A DNA stretch of 64,000 nt, from contig CACPCL010000004.1 in the NCBI GenBank assembly GCA_902632445.1, forward strand, positions 3,835 to 67,834, written 5' to 3'. Within the stretch, counting starts at the first letter, position 1. Each line of letters starts with the position of its first letter. A program made the position numbers and the translations under genes. Below the pieces are notes generated by a model. The model saw only the letters and a program-made list of their open reading frames with translations. It searched no databases and was not told where the DNA came from. Below, one piece after another: positions 47,710-58,346 of the stretch. Origin of the DNA: an uncultured Pelagibacteraceae bacterium (lineage in GTDB: Bacteria > Pseudomonadota > Alphaproteobacteria > Pelagibacterales > Pelagibacteraceae).

Positions 47710-49763
47710 TACAGACCCTCTAATTTTGAAAAATCAATAAAGTTGTCAAAAGTATTACAAAACATTTTAAGCAACTCAAGTCGATTATTTTTAATATCTT
47801 GATTTTCATCATTTACTACAACATTGTCAAAAAAATTATCAGTGGACTTTTTGGTATCAGAAAGCTTTATTAACAAGCTTTCGTAGTCTTTATCGTCATC
47901 TTTTACTGTAAAAGCTTTTCGGATCTCATTTATTTTCTCATGAAGTATTTTTTCTTCATCCTTTCTAAATAATACTGCGTCAGGACTGCCTGTGATTTTC
48001 TTGCCAGCTTTTTCTAATATATTTGATGCTCTTTTATAAGAACTAATAGCATTAAGACCTATTCCTTTATTTTTATATTTATTCATTAAAATAGTTTTCG
48101 AGTATAAAGCTAAAAAATTATCTCCTGCATGAGAACTGATTGAAGCCTCAATAATATCAGATTTTATATTTTTTAATTTCAAAATGTTTCTCATTCTTTC
48201 TTTTATAAAATCTAAAACTTGTTGTTCTGTTTTTTCATTTTTTATCTCAACACCTTGTTCTTGATAAAGTCGTAGAGCATAACTAATCAAATCTCTTAAT
48301 TTAAATGATAATTTATTTTCAATTATTATCCTTAATAATCCTATTGCTGCACGTCTTAAAGCGAATGGATCTTTTGAACTTGTCGGTTTTTCATCAATTG
48401 CAAAAAAACCAACTAAAGTATCTATTTTATCTACTATTGAAATAGAGTAGCTAAAAGGTTTTTTAGGTAAAACTGAGGTGAGACCTGTAGGTAAATAATG
48501 ATCGCTTACTGAGTTCGCTACATCCTCTTCAAATCCTTGTGCTAACGCGAAATATTTTCCCATTACACCTTGAAGCTCTGGATACTCGCCAACAAGATCA
48601 GAGCATAAATCAGATTTAGAAATTGACGCTGCAACCTGAATTTTTTCTTTATTTATATTTAAATCATCTGATAATGGACCAGCTAATTGCCTTAATCTTT
48701 GTATTTTGTCATAAATAGTACCTAGTTTTTCATAAAAGATTACTGATTTAAGATTAGCGATTTGTTTTATCAAATTTTTAGATCTATCTTTATCCCAAAA
48801 AAATTTGGCATCTGCAAGTCTTGCCTCTACAACTTTTTTGTTTCCTTGAGTTATCAATTTTTTTTCATCTTTTTTGTTTGCTACAACAAAAAAATAATTA
48901 GTTAATCGATTTCTGCTATCAAAAATTGGGAAATATCTTTGATGCTTCTCTAAAGTAGAGATAATAATTTCCTGAGGTATCTTTAAATAATCTTTATCAA
49001 AACTCACATGTAATAAATTTGGATCCTCTACTATGTTAACAACTTCTTCTAAAAGTTTTGAATTAAAGCTTTCTTTGTATTGTTTTGATTGAGAAAATGA
49101 ATAAATCTTTTTAAGAATGATCTCTTCTCGTTCATTGTGATCAACAATTATTTTATTACTTTTTAAAAAAAATAAGTAATCTTTAAAATCTCTTATTTTT
49201 TTTGTTTTAGTTGCTAAATCCTGTTCAATAATTATCTCGTCTTTTGAGACTAGGTGTTCATATTTAAATGGTAGTCTTTTATTGTTATACTTTGCAAAGA
49301 TTGATCTGAGAGGTCTTCCCCACAACAAATTATGATCTGACCATTTCATTGATTTTTTCCAACTAATTGATCCTATGGCTTTTGGAATAACTTTGATTAA
49401 TATATCTTCAACAAAGATTGATTTAGATTGTGTTTTAATAAAATAAAATTTTCCCTTGTTGGTATTTTTTTCAATTAAGTCTTTCTCAGAAACATTTTTG
49501 GCTTTAAGAAAACCTTGAATCACCTGATCAGGAGAGCCTACTTTAGGTCCTTTAATTTCTTTAACTTCTAATTTGATTTTTTCATTAAGATCTTTAATGA
49601 ATAGTGTTAATCTTGTTGGTGAAGAGTAAACTGATAATTCTTTATACTTTACGTTGTCTTCTTGCAAAGATTTTTCAATAAATTGTTTTATTTGAGATCT
49701 TGCTGATATTTGTAATTGTGGTGGAATTTCTTCACTATATAATTCCAATAAAAATTCTGCCAT
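47709..49763 (-). CDS. glyS: Glycine--tRNA ligase beta subunit
   Basis: 'LLELYSEEIP', 'HQRYF', 'ARLADAKFF', 'EYPELQGVMG', 'SKDPFALRR', 'NRLELL'. Confidence 0.96.
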   Translation of the reverse strand: MAEFLLELYSEEIPPQLQISARSQIKQFIEKSLQEDNVKYKELSVYSSPTRLTLFIKDLNEKIKLEVKEIKGPKVGSPDQVIQGFLKAKNVSEKDLIEKNTNKGKFYFIKTQSKSIFVEDILIKVIPKAIGSISWKKSMKWSDHNLLWGRPLRSIFAKYNNKRLPFKYEHLVSKDEIIIEQDLATKTKKIRDFKDYLFFLKSNKIIVDHNEREEIILKKIYSFSQSKQYKESFNSKLLEEVVNIVEDPNLLHVSFDKDYLKIPQEIIISTLEKHQRYFPIFDSRNRLTNYFFVVANKKDEKKLITQGNKKVVEARLADAKFFWDKDRSKNLIKQIANLKSVIFYEKLGTIYDKIQRLRQLAGPLSDDLNINKEKIQVAASISKSDLCSDLVGEYPELQGVMGKYFALAQGFEEDVANSVSDHYLPTGLTSVLPKKPFSYSISIVDKIDTLVGFFAIDEKPTSSKDPFALRRAAIGLLRIIIENKLSFKLRDLISYALRLYQEQGVEIKNEKTEQQVLDFIKERMRNILKLKNIKSDIIEASISSHAGDNFLALYSKTILMNKYKNKGIGLNAISSYKRASNILEKAGKKITGSPDAVLFRKDEEKILHEKINEIRKAFTVKDDDKDYESLLIKLSDTKKSTDNFFDNVVVNDENQDIKNNRLELLKMFCNTFDNFIDFSKLEGL

Positions 49764-49766
49764 AAT

Positions 49767-50651
49767 TTAACTTTGTGAGCTTAACCACAGTGCTCCGCAA
49801 CCTTTTGCGAGGTCTCTAATTCGAGTTATGTAACCAGTTCTTTCTGCAACGCCAATAACACCGCGAGCATCCAATAGATTGAAAATATGACTTGCTTTTA
49901 AACATTGATCATATGCCGGAAGAGAAAGTTTTTTTTCAAGTAAAGATTTACATTCGTTTTCGGTGTTTTCAAAATTTTTTAAAAGACTTTCCGTGTTTGC
50001 AAATTCAAAATTATACGCTGAAAATTCTTTTTCAGCTTGAAGAAAAACCTCTTTATATTTGACTCCTTCACTATTCCAATCAAGATCAAATACATTGTTT
50101 TTACCCTGGACAAACATACAAAGTCTCTCTAACCCATAAGTTATTTCAACTGGAACGGGCTTACATTCAAGCCCAGTCATTTGCTGAAAATAAGTGAACT
50201 GAGTAATTTCCATGCCATCACACCAAACTTCCCATCCTAATCCTGATGCACCGAGAGTTGGACTTTCCCAGTCATCTTCAACAAAGCGAATGTCGTGATT
50301 TTTTACATTAATTCCGATTGATGCTAAGCTTTTTAAATATGTTTGCTTAATATTTTTGGGAGATGGTTTTATTATCACCTGATACTGATAATAATGTTGC
50401 AGACGATTAGGATTATCACCGTACCTTCCGTCTGTTGGCCTTCTAGATGGTTGTACATAAGCGGCTTTCCATGGTTGAGGACCTAGAGATCTTAATGTAG
50501 TGGCAGGGTGAAAAGTTCCAGCGCCAACCTCTAAATCATAAGGTTGTAAAATTATACATCCATTTTTACCCCAAAACTTTTGAAGACTCATAATGATATC
50601 TTGAAATGAAAAAATATTAGATTTTTTTTTGACTTTTTTTTTAGCCGGCAT
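49767..50651 (-). CDS. glyQ: Glycine--tRNA ligase alpha subunit
   Basis: 'GAGTFHP', '[18 protein letters not shown]', '[11 protein letters not shown]', 'EITYGLERL'. Confidence 0.98.
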   Translation of the reverse strand: MPAKKKVKKKSNIFSFQDIIMSLQKFWGKNGCIILQPYDLEVGAGTFHPATTLRSLGPQPWKAAYVQPSRRPTDGRYGDNPNRLQHYYQYQVIIKPSPKNIKQTYLKSLASIGINVKNHDIRFVEDDWESPTLGASGLGWEVWCDGMEITQFTYFQQMTGLECKPVPVEITYGLERLCMFVQGKNNVFDLDWNSEGVKYKEVFLQAEKEFSAYNFEFANTESLLKNFENTENECKSLLEKKLSLPAYDQCLKASHIFNLLDARGVIGVAERTGYITRIRDLAKGCGALWLSSQS

Positions 50652-51464
50652 TTATAAACCAAATCTTTGCCACATCGATTTTTCCTCAATCATATTTGCA
50701 AGTTTTTCAACAGGATCTTGAATAGAAGAGGATAGTTTTCGTGCAATAAATCCTTTTGGTTTTTCAAAAGTTTTAATTATTACTTTGTCTCCAAATTTAT
50801 CTTTTAAAACTTGATCAGCATTACCAATTCCATCAATTAACCCTAACTTAAGAGATGCTTTGCCAGTCCAAAATTCTCCCGTGAAAATATTATTTCTTTC
50901 AGGATCTTTAAGTTTTGTTCCTCTACTCTTCTCTACAATTTTAATAAAATCCTCATGGAGCTCTAATTGAATAGTTTTTAATCTTTTAATATCTTCTTCC
51001 TTTTCCTCTTTAAAAGGATCTAAAGTACTTTTATTTTTACCTGCAGTATAAACCCTTCTTTCCACTCCAATTTTTTGAATCAAATCTTTGAAGCCGAACG
51101 AAGCTGAAATTACTCCTATTGAACCAATAATCGAGCTAGAGTTTGCATAAATTTCATCTCCAGCACAAGCAATAAAATATCCTCCAGATGCTGCTACATC
51201 CTCTGCAAAAATAATAACCTTAACTTTATTTTTTTCAGCTAATTGTCTTATATAACTATAAATTAAATGTGATTGAACTGGTGATCCACCCGGGGAGTTA
51301 ATTGATATAGCTACGTGAGTGATTTTTTTAACTGAAAAAGCTTTTTTCAAAATATCTCTTTGGTTAGCTAATTCCATACCTTGTTTAAATTTACCAGCCG
51401 AACCGATTATTCCAGTGAGCCTAACGTGTGGTACTATTTTTTTTTTTTTAAAAAATGAAAACAT
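50652..51464 (-). CDS. sppA: S49 family peptidase (SppA/SohB-like)
   Basis: 'INSPGGSPVQS', 'EDVAASGGY', 'GSIGVI', 'TAGKNKS', 'LGLIDGIG'. Confidence 0.88.
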   Translation of the reverse strand: MFSFFKKKKIVPHVRLTGIIGSAGKFKQGMELANQRDILKKAFSVKKITHVAISINSPGGSPVQSHLIYSYIRQLAEKNKVKVIIFAEDVAASGGYFIACAGDEIYANSSSIIGSIGVISASFGFKDLIQKIGVERRVYTAGKNKSTLDPFKEEKEEDIKRLKTIQLELHEDFIKIVEKSRGTKLKDPERNNIFTGEFWTGKASLKLGLIDGIGNADQVLKDKFGDKVIIKTFEKPKGFIARKLSSSIQDPVEKLANMIEEKSMWQRFGL

Positions 51465-51472
51465 ATTTTTAC

Positions 51473-51568
51473 GATGGTTAAGTATTGTTATAACAGTAAT
51501 AATTAAAATTTTAATTAATAATTGCGCTACTTATAGTTGAATTATAGGTGCGTCACCACGTTACCATT
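51473..51568 (+). ncRNA. Candidate structured RNA in the sppA-ispB spacer
   Basis: Three hairpins and a possible closing helix; G-U pairs are compatible only with the + strand. Folded by eye only. Confidence 0.3.
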
Positions 51569-51610
51569 TAAAATTTTATTATTACATAAAAACAAATATA
51601 AATATTATTT

Positions 51611-52624
51611 ATGGGATCAGTTGTACCGCTAAAAAAATCAGCAAATTCTGCATACTTAGAACTAAAAAACCTTCTGAGCAATAAGCTTGGAAATGTTGAA
51701 ACTTTAATTCATCAGAAGTTAAAAAGTGATGTAAATCTGATCGAAAAAATGAGTAATCACCATTTAAGCTCAGGTGGAAAAAGATTGAGGGCTTTATTAA
51801 CTTTAGAATCTGCAAAGCTCACTGGTTATAAAGGAGAAAAAAGAGATATTAATTTAGCAGCTTGTGTTGAACTTATACACTCAGCAACTTTATTACATGA
51901 TGATGTTATAGACGAAAGTGAATTGAGAAGAGGAGAAAAAACAACAAATTCTATTTGGGGTAATCAATCGTCAATTTTAGTTGGCGATTATTTATTAAGC
52001 AGATGTTTTGAGATGATGGTTGAAGACGGTGATTTAGAAATTTTAAAATTATTATCATCTACATCAGCAAAGATTGCCCAAGGAGAGGTATTGCAACTTC
52101 AACATAAAGGAGAAGCTGATTTACTTGAAGAAACATATATAGATATTATTAACTTAAAAACTGCATCTCTTTTCTCAGCTGCAACTAAAACAGGAGCTTG
52201 TTTGTCTGGTAGTAATGAGAAAGAAAAAAAGGCTTTAGAGTCATATGGAAGGAATTTAGGTTTGGCATTTCAAATTGCCGATGATGCTCTAGATTATTAT
52301 GCAAAGGAAAAACTTTTCGGTAAAGAAGTTGGTAAAGATTTTTTTGAGGGTAAAGTAACACTACCTCTAATTACGATTTTTCAAAAAGGAAATGAGGAAG
52401 AAAAAAATTTCTTAAATGAAATCATGAAAAAAGAAAATAGAACTGAGGAAGACTTTAGTGAGACGCTAGCATTAATCTACAAATATAAAGCTGTTGAAGC
52501 AACTTTTAAGAAAGCAGAATATTTTGTAAATGTTTCATTTGATGCATTAGCTATTTTTCCAGATACAGAAGATAAAAGAATTTTACAAAATTTAACTAGC
52601 TTCAGTCTTAACAGATCTTTTTAA
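51611..52624 (+). CDS. ispB: Long-chain polyprenyl diphosphate synthase
   Basis: 'SGGKRLR', 'HSATLLHDDVIDES.LRRG', 'GDYLLSR', 'KTASLF', 'FQIADDALDY'. Confidence 0.93.
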   Translation: MGSVVPLKKSANSAYLELKNLLSNKLGNVETLIHQKLKSDVNLIEKMSNHHLSSGGKRLRALLTLESAKLTGYKGEKRDINLAACVELIHSATLLHDDVIDESELRRGEKTTNSIWGNQSSILVGDYLLSRCFEMMVEDGDLEILKLLSSTSAKIAQGEVLQLQHKGEADLLEETYIDIINLKTASLFSAATKTGACLSGSNEKEKKALESYGRNLGLAFQIADDALDYYAKEKLFGKEVGKDFFEGKVTLPLITIFQKGNEEEKNFLNEIMKKENRTEEDFSETLALIYKYKAVEATFKKAEYFVNVSFDALAIFPDTEDKRILQNLTSFSLNRSF

Positions 52625-53253
52625 GGATAAAGAAGTTCCCTTTCCCATTTACCATTACGTTTTCTATAGTTTAATCTCTCATGAATTCTGCCTTCACCAT
52701 CTAACCAAAACTCAATTTCATCTGGTAATAATCTCCAACCAGACCAATGGGGAGGTCTTGGAACATTTTTTTCATCAGGATATTTTTTTTCATATTCTTT
52801 AATATTTTTCAAAAATGTTTCTCGTTTATCTAATTTTTTTGATTGTGACGATGCCCATGCGCCAATTCTATTTTTATATGGTCTTGAATTAAAATAATCA
52901 TCTGCTTCTTTGGATGAAACTTCTTCAACGCTACCAATAGCTCTTACCTGACGTCTTAAACTTTTCCAATGAAAACACATTGAGGCTTTTTGGTTTTCTT
53001 TAAGTTCATTGCCTTTTTTACTATTAAAATTTGTGTAAAAAACAAATCCTTTATCGCTTAATCCTTTAAGCAAAACCATTCTTACATTAGGCTGATTATT
53101 TTTATCAGAAGTTGCCACCGCAACCGCATTTGGGTCATTAATTTCGCTTTCCTCTGCTTTAGAAAACCACTTTTTGAACAATTCTATAGGATTGTCTAAA
53201 TCTTCGAAGCAAATATCTATGCCTAGTGAATTTTTGCCATTTTTTTGATTCAT
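52621..53253 (-). CDS. pdxH: Pyridoxamine 5'-phosphate oxidase
   Basis: 'RMVLLKG', 'FYTNFNSKKG', 'RRQVR', 'GAWASSQS', 'PRPPHWSG', 'EFW...RIHER'. Confidence 0.97.
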   Translation of the reverse strand: MNQKNGKNSLGIDICFEDLDNPIELFKKWFSKAEESEINDPNAVAVATSDKNNQPNVRMVLLKGLSDKGFVFYTNFNSKKGNELKENQKASMCFHWKSLRRQVRAIGSVEEVSSKEADDYFNSRPYKNRIGAWASSQSKKLDKRETFLKNIKEYEKKYPDEKNVPRPPHWSGWRLLPDEIEFWLDGEGRIHERLNYRKRNGKWERELLYP

Positions 53254-53287
53254 AATTTCTTTAAAATAATCTATACATTAAATATCT

Positions 53288-54370
53288 ATGTCTTTTAATA
53301 CTTTTGGTAAAATTTTTAGGTTTACTACATGGGGAGAGTCTCATGGACCTGCAATTGGTTGTGTAATTGATGGGTGTCCGCCTAATATACCACTTTCAGA
53401 GAGTGATATTCAAAAGGATATGAATAGAAGAAGACCTGGTCAATCAAAATTTACAACTCAGAGAAAAGAGTCTGATAAAGCTATAATCTTATCTGGAGTT
53501 TTTGAAGGAAAAACAACTGGGACACCAATTTCAATTATAATTTATAATGAAGACAAAAGATCTAGAGACTATGAAACAATAAAAAATAAATTTAGACCAG
53601 GTCATGCAGACTATACTTATTTTAAAAAATATGGGATCAGAGATTATAGAGGAGGAGGTAGACAATCTGCCAGAGAAACAGCTTGCAGGGTGGCAGCTGG
53701 GGCTGTTGCTAAAGTTGTTTTAAAAGAGATGATTGGTTCAAAATTTAATGTTATTGGAGCAGTCACTCAGCTAGGGTTGATGTCTTGTGACAAATCAAAT
53801 TGGAAAGATAGTGAAATAAGAAAAAATCCTTTTTTCTGTCCTGATAAAAATTCTGTAAAACTTTGGGAGAAATATCTTTTAGCTGTCAGGAAAGCAGGAT
53901 CATCCTGTGGGGCTATTATTGAATTACGAGCTACTGGGGTGCCTGTAGGATTAGGGGCTCCTATTTATTCAAAATTAGATACTGATATCGCAGCAGCTTT
54001 AATGAGTATTAATGCAGTTAAGGGTGTTAACATCGGAGCAGGTATGAATGCAGCTTTTTTAAGTGGAGAAGAAAACTCAGATGAAATGAGTAAAGGCTCC
54101 GGTAAAGTAAAATTTAGATCTAATCAAGCAGGTGGAATTTTAGGAGGAATTTCTTCAGGTCAAAATATTGTTGCCTCATTCGCAGTGAAACCAACATCTT
54201 CTATTTTAACAACTAAAAATACAATTGATAAAAAAGGTAAAAATACTAAAATTTCTGTAAAAGGAAGACATGATCCATGCGTAGGAATTAGAGCTGTTCC
54301 AATCGGTGAAGCAATGATTAGCTGTGTATTATTAGATCACTTTTTAATGCACAGAGCGCAATGTAGTTAA
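53288..54370 (+). CDS. aroC: Chorismate synthase
   Basis: 'WGESHG', 'RPGHAD', 'GGRQSARET', '[10 protein letters not shown]', 'GRHDPC'. Confidence 0.98.
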   Translation: MSFNTFGKIFRFTTWGESHGPAIGCVIDGCPPNIPLSESDIQKDMNRRRPGQSKFTTQRKESDKAIILSGVFEGKTTGTPISIIIYNEDKRSRDYETIKNKFRPGHADYTYFKKYGIRDYRGGGRQSARETACRVAAGAVAKVVLKEMIGSKFNVIGAVTQLGLMSCDKSNWKDSEIRKNPFFCPDKNSVKLWEKYLLAVRKAGSSCGAIIELRATGVPVGLGAPIYSKLDTDIAAALMSINAVKGVNIGAGMNAAFLSGEENSDEMSKGSGKVKFRSNQAGGILGGISSGQNIVASFAVKPTSSILTTKNTIDKKGKNTKISVKGRHDPCVGIRAVPIGEAMISCVLLDHFLMHRAQCS

Positions 54371-56286
54371 TTAGATAATTTGTTTTTATTTTTTGCCAAT
54401 ATGATATTTGAATTTAAAGTTTCTTCGACTTTATTAACGATTGATGAATTGTCTAAACCAGCTATTTCATACATTTTCTCGGGAGTATCTTGATCAATAA
54501 AAATATCTGGAAGGATCATTGATCTAAATTTTAAACCAGTATCAAAGACGCCTCTATCAGATAACAATTGCATTACATGAGATCCAAAACCTCCAATCGA
54601 ACCTTCTTCGATCGTAATTAATACCTCATGATTAGTTGCAACCTCCATTATCAGTTTCTCATCCAGAGGCTTTGCAAATCTAGCATCTACTATGGTGCAA
54701 TCTATACCTTTTGCATAAAGTTTTTCTGCAGCTTTTCTACATTCCTCAAGTCTTGTACCAAAATTTAACAAAGCAACTTTTTTACCTTCTTTTATTACTC
54801 TTGCTTTTCCAATTTCAAGAACTTCTTTAGTTGTAGGTAGTTGAACTCCTATTCCATTTCCTCTTGGATATCTAAAAGCTGAAGGTCTATCATTAATACC
54901 AACTGTTGTATTTATCATTTTGACAAGTTCTGACTCATCACTTGCAGCCATCACCACAAAATTTGGTAAGGTAGATAAGTAAGTTATATCAAAAGATCCG
55001 GCGTGTGTTGGTCCATCCGCTCCAACTAATCCAGCTCTATCAATCGCAAATCTTACAGGCAGAGATTGCAATGCAACATCATGAACTACTTGATCATAAG
55101 CTCTCTGTAAAAATGTTGAATAAATTGCAGCATAGGGTTTATATCCCTCGGTTGCTAAACCTGCTGCAAATGTAACTGCATGTTGTTCAGCTATACCAAC
55201 ATCAAATGTTCTATCTGGAAATCTTTTTTCAAATAAATTCAGACCAGTGCCCGACGGCATAGCTCCTGTTATACCAACAATTTTTGTATCTTGCTCTGCA
55301 TGTTTTATCAGAGTTTCAGCAAAAACTTTTGTGTAAGACGGAGTATTTGATTTAGATTTTGATTGTTCCCCTGTTGATATATTAAATTTAGATACACCGT
55401 GATACTTGTCTCCTGACTGCTCAGCTGGTTTATAGCCTTTTCCTTTTTGAGTTCTTACATGTATAAGTACTGGACCTTGATGGTTAGAATTTTTAACATT
55501 TTCAAATATTTGCACCAGGTTTTCTACATCATGTCCGTCAATAGGTCCCACATAATAAAATCCTAGCTCACTAAATAACGTCCCTCCTGTAACCATGTTT
55601 CTCAAAATATCCTCTGCTTTTCCTGCTTTTTGACTAAATCTTTTTGAAAATGCAGAAATAATCATTTTAATTGTCTCTCTAAAACTAAAATATAATTTTC
55701 CAGATAAAAGATTAGCTAAATACTTGCTCATCGCTCCTACTGGTCTGGCTATTGACATATCGTTATCATTAAGCACCACGATTAAATTAGATTTTAAAGC
55801 ACCTGCATTATTCATTGCTTCGTAAGCCATTCCAGCACTCATCGCTCCATCTCCAATTACAGCTATAACATTATTTTTATTATTTGATAATTTTTTAGCT
55901 ACTGACATACCTAGGGTAGAAGATATAGAAGTTGAACTATGGGCTGCTCCAAATGGATCGTACTCGCTCTCTGTTCTTTTTGTAAAGCCAGATAACCCGC
56001 CACCTTTTCTTAAAGTTTTTATTCGATCTCTTCTACCAGTAATAATTTTATGTGGATAGCATTGATGACTAACATCCCAAACTAATTTATCTTTCGGGGT
56101 ATCAAACACATAATGTAAAGCAACTGTAAGCTCGACTACACCTAAACCGGCTCCCAAGTGTCCACCTGTTTCAGAAACTACATCAATTAGCTCGCCTCTT
56201 AATTCTTCTGAAATCTGTTTTAGATTTTCTTTTTTGAAGCGTCTTAAATCAGATGGAAAATTAATTTGCCTAATAAGTTTTGTCAT
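54367..56286 (-). CDS. dxs: 1-deoxy-D-xylulose-5-phosphate synthase
   Basis: 'GGHLGAGLG', '[11 protein letters not shown]', 'GDGAM...EAMNN...NDN', 'IAEQHAV', 'DRAG...DGPTH'. Confidence 0.98.
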   Translation of the reverse strand: MTKLIRQINFPSDLRRFKKENLKQISEELRGELIDVVSETGGHLGAGLGVVELTVALHYVFDTPKDKLVWDVSHQCYPHKIITGRRDRIKTLRKGGGLSGFTKRTESEYDPFGAAHSSTSISSTLGMSVAKKLSNNKNNVIAVIGDGAMSAGMAYEAMNNAGALKSNLIVVLNDNDMSIARPVGAMSKYLANLLSGKLYFSFRETIKMIISAFSKRFSQKAGKAEDILRNMVTGGTLFSELGFYYVGPIDGHDVENLVQIFENVKNSNHQGPVLIHVRTQKGKGYKPAEQSGDKYHGVSKFNISTGEQSKSKSNTPSYTKVFAETLIKHAEQDTKIVGITGAMPSGTGLNLFEKRFPDRTFDVGIAEQHAVTFAAGLATEGYKPYAAIYSTFLQRAYDQVVHDVALQSLPVRFAIDRAGLVGADGPTHAGSFDITYLSTLPNFVVMAASDESELVKMINTTVGINDRPSAFRYPRGNGIGVQLPTTKEVLEIGKARVIKEGKKVALLNFGTRLEECRKAAEKLYAKGIDCTIVDARFAKPLDEKLIMEVATNHEVLITIEEGSIGGFGSHVMQLLSDRGVFDTGLKFRSMILPDIFIDQDTPEKMYEIAGLDNSSIVNKVEETLNSNIILAKNKNKLSN

Positions 56287-57161
56287 TAAAAATTTCTTCC
56301 TAAAATAAATTCTATAGTTTCACTCAAATCCTTTGCTTTTTTTCCATGTTTTTCAATTTTAAGCAATATATTTTTCTTCAAATTGTTTGCATACTTATAA
56401 GCTTTTTTATATCCCATTAGATTAAGTAAAGTTGATTTTCCCTTTTTTGCATCTTTTTGTATTTGTTTACCGACTAGCTTCTTAGATCCTTTTATGTCTA
56501 AGAAATCATCAGCTAACTGAAATAGCAATCCAATATTTTCTCCTAAAATGCCTAAACTCTCTTTTTCCTTAGTGCTTTTATTTGCAATTATTCCAACAGC
56601 TTTAAAGCAAAAATTAAACAATTTACCAGTTTTTTTCTTTTGCATATCTATTATTTGGCTGATTTTCTTTTTTTTATTTTCAAATTTTAAATCTAGTTGC
56701 TGACCACCTGCAATACCAGTATGTCCTGAGCACTCTGCTAAAGATTTTACAACCTCAATTTTTTGTTTATGTGTAATCGAATATTTTTTATCAGTTATTA
56801 ATTCAAAGGCTAAAGTTAGTAACGAGTTACCTGCTAAAACTGCAGTAGCTTCGCCGTACTTTTTGTGTGTTGCTGGCTTACCTCTTCTTATTGAGTCATT
56901 ATCCATACAAGGTAAATCATCGTGAATTAGTGAATAAGAGTGGATGCATTCCACTGCAACGCAAATATTAATTAATTTTTTTTCACTTATATTAAATAGT
57001 TTTCCCACGTCAAACATAATTTTGGCTCTAATTTTTTTTCCTCCTGAAATTACACCGTATTTCATTGGAGAGACTAATAATGATTTTTTCTGTTTTCTAA
57101 TATAATTTATTAAAAATTTATCAATTTTATCTGCATTATATTTGAGCTGGTTTTTAATCAT
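56286..57161 (-). CDS. ispA: Farnesyl diphosphate synthase (geranyltranstransferase)
   Basis: '[23 protein letters not shown]', 'GGQQLD', 'FQLADDFLD'; xseB-ispA-dxs synteny. Confidence 0.94.
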   Translation of the reverse strand: MIKNQLKYNADKIDKFLINYIRKQKKSLLVSPMKYGVISGGKKIRAKIMFDVGKLFNISEKKLINICVAVECIHSYSLIHDDLPCMDNDSIRRGKPATHKKYGEATAVLAGNSLLTLAFELITDKKYSITHKQKIEVVKSLAECSGHTGIAGGQQLDLKFENKKKKISQIIDMQKKKTGKLFNFCFKAVGIIANKSTKEKESLGILGENIGLLFQLADDFLDIKGSKKLVGKQIQKDAKKGKSTLLNLMGYKKAYKYANNLKKNILLKIEKHGKKAKDLSETIEFILGRNF

Positions 57162-57167
57162 ATTTAA

Positions 57168-57377
57168 CTAATCTTTATTATCGAATATCTCTTTTGATTT
57201 TTTCTTAAATAGATACTCAACGTGCTTATTTAGATAAATTAATCGCTGATATTCTACTTGTGTATTATTTAAATCTAAATTTTTACTTTCTAATCTAATT
57301 AAAATTTCATTTATTTCATCCCTAGCTTCTTTTAATGATTTACTTTTGATATCAGCTGGAATATTTTCGATTTTCAT
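57168..57377 (-). CDS. xseB: Exodeoxyribonuclease VII small subunit-like (divergent)
   Basis: 69-aa helical protein 'SLKEARDEINEILIRLES..LDL' in the canonical slot upstream of ispA-dxs. Confidence 0.6.
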   Translation of the reverse strand: MKIENIPADIKSKSLKEARDEINEILIRLESKNLDLNNTQVEYQRLIYLNKHVEYLFKKKSKEIFDNKD

Positions 57378-57398
57378 TAATTTAATAATAATTATATT

Positions 57399-58346
57399 AT
57401 GAAAAAAAACTATTCAAATATATTTTCTTTATGTGAAAAAATAATCAGAAAAACAGTCGATTCTTTACGACTAGGTAAAATAGTGGCATTGCCAACAGAA
57501 ACAGTTTATGGCTTGGCCGGAAATGCTTACTCTCTAAAGGCTTTGAAAACAATCTATAAATTAAAAAAAAGACCTAAAAAAAATCCTCTAATCATTCACT
57601 ATTGCAATTTAAAAATGGCAAAAAATGATGTCTTATTAAATGATAATTTTATTAAGTTGTATAAAAAATTTTGTCCAGGCCCAATTACTTTTGTTTTGAA
57701 AAAAAATCGAAAATCAAAAATCAAATCCCTTGCTAACGCTAATCTAGAAACAGTGGCAATAAGATTTCCAAATCATAAAGTAATTAGGTCTATATTAAAA
57801 AAGATAAATTTTCCATTAGCTATGCCAAGTGCAAATATCTCTTCTAATTTAAGTCCAGTAAGTGCGTTAGATGTATTTGATGAATTTAAAAATAAAATAA
57901 ATATTATAATTAATGGTGGTAAATCAAAAGTTGGAATCGAGTCAACAGTGGTTGATTTAACTGCTAAACCTAGAATATTAAGACCAGGAATAATTACTTC
58001 AAAAAATTTAAAAAGATTTATAAGTATCAATCATACAAGAAAAAATTTTGAAATTAAATCTCCTGGCTTACTCAAAAAACATTACTCGCCTGGAATACCT
58101 GTGATTTTGAATAAGAAACCAAATAATATTAATTATGCTTTTATAATTCTAGGTAAAAAATACAAAATGCAATCAAATTACTTCAATCTGAGTAAAAAAG
58201 CCGACTTGAAAGAAGCCGCATCTAATTTATACAAGACTATGAGAAAAATAAAAAAAAGTGGTTATAAAAAAATTTACGTAATGAGAATACCAAATATTGG
58301 GCCAGGTGTAGCTATCAATGACCGGTTAAAAAAAGCTTCTAAATAA
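57399..58346 (+). CDS. sua5: Threonylcarbamoyl-AMP synthase, Sua5 type
   Basis: 'PTETVYGL', 'KKRPKKNPLIIH', 'PGPITFVL', 'PSANIS', 'ESTVVD', linker 'SPGLLKKHYSP', 'AINDRLKKA'. Confidence 0.94.
   Translation: MKKNYSNIFSLCEKIIRKTVDSLRLGKIVALPTETVYGLAGNAYSLKALKTIYKLKKRPKKNPLIIHYCNLKMAKNDVLLNDNFIKLYKKFCPGPITFVLKKNRKSKIKSLANANLETVAIRFPNHKVIRSILKKINFPLAMPSANISSNLSPVSALDVFDEFKNKINIIINGGKSKVGIESTVVDLTAKPRILRPGIITSKNLKRFISINHTRKNFEIKSPGLLKKHYSPGIPVILNKKPNNINYAFIILGKKYKMQSNYFNLSKKADLKEAASNLYKTMRKIKKSGYKKIYVMRIPNIGPGVAINDRLKKASK

Noticed and set aside
2916-51455. 13-nt homopolymer runs in surA (2916-2928), guaA (18969-18981) and sppA (51437-51449) as phase-variation tracts
   Set aside because: All frames are intact, the runs encode Phe/Lys stretches in housekeeping genes, and similar runs are common in this AT-rich DNA.
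51524-51558. tRNA or tmRNA fragment (TTGAA loop followed by CACCA)
   Set aside because: No TTCRA loop, no matching 5' acceptor strand and no tmRNA-type end; retained only as part of the candidate ncRNA.
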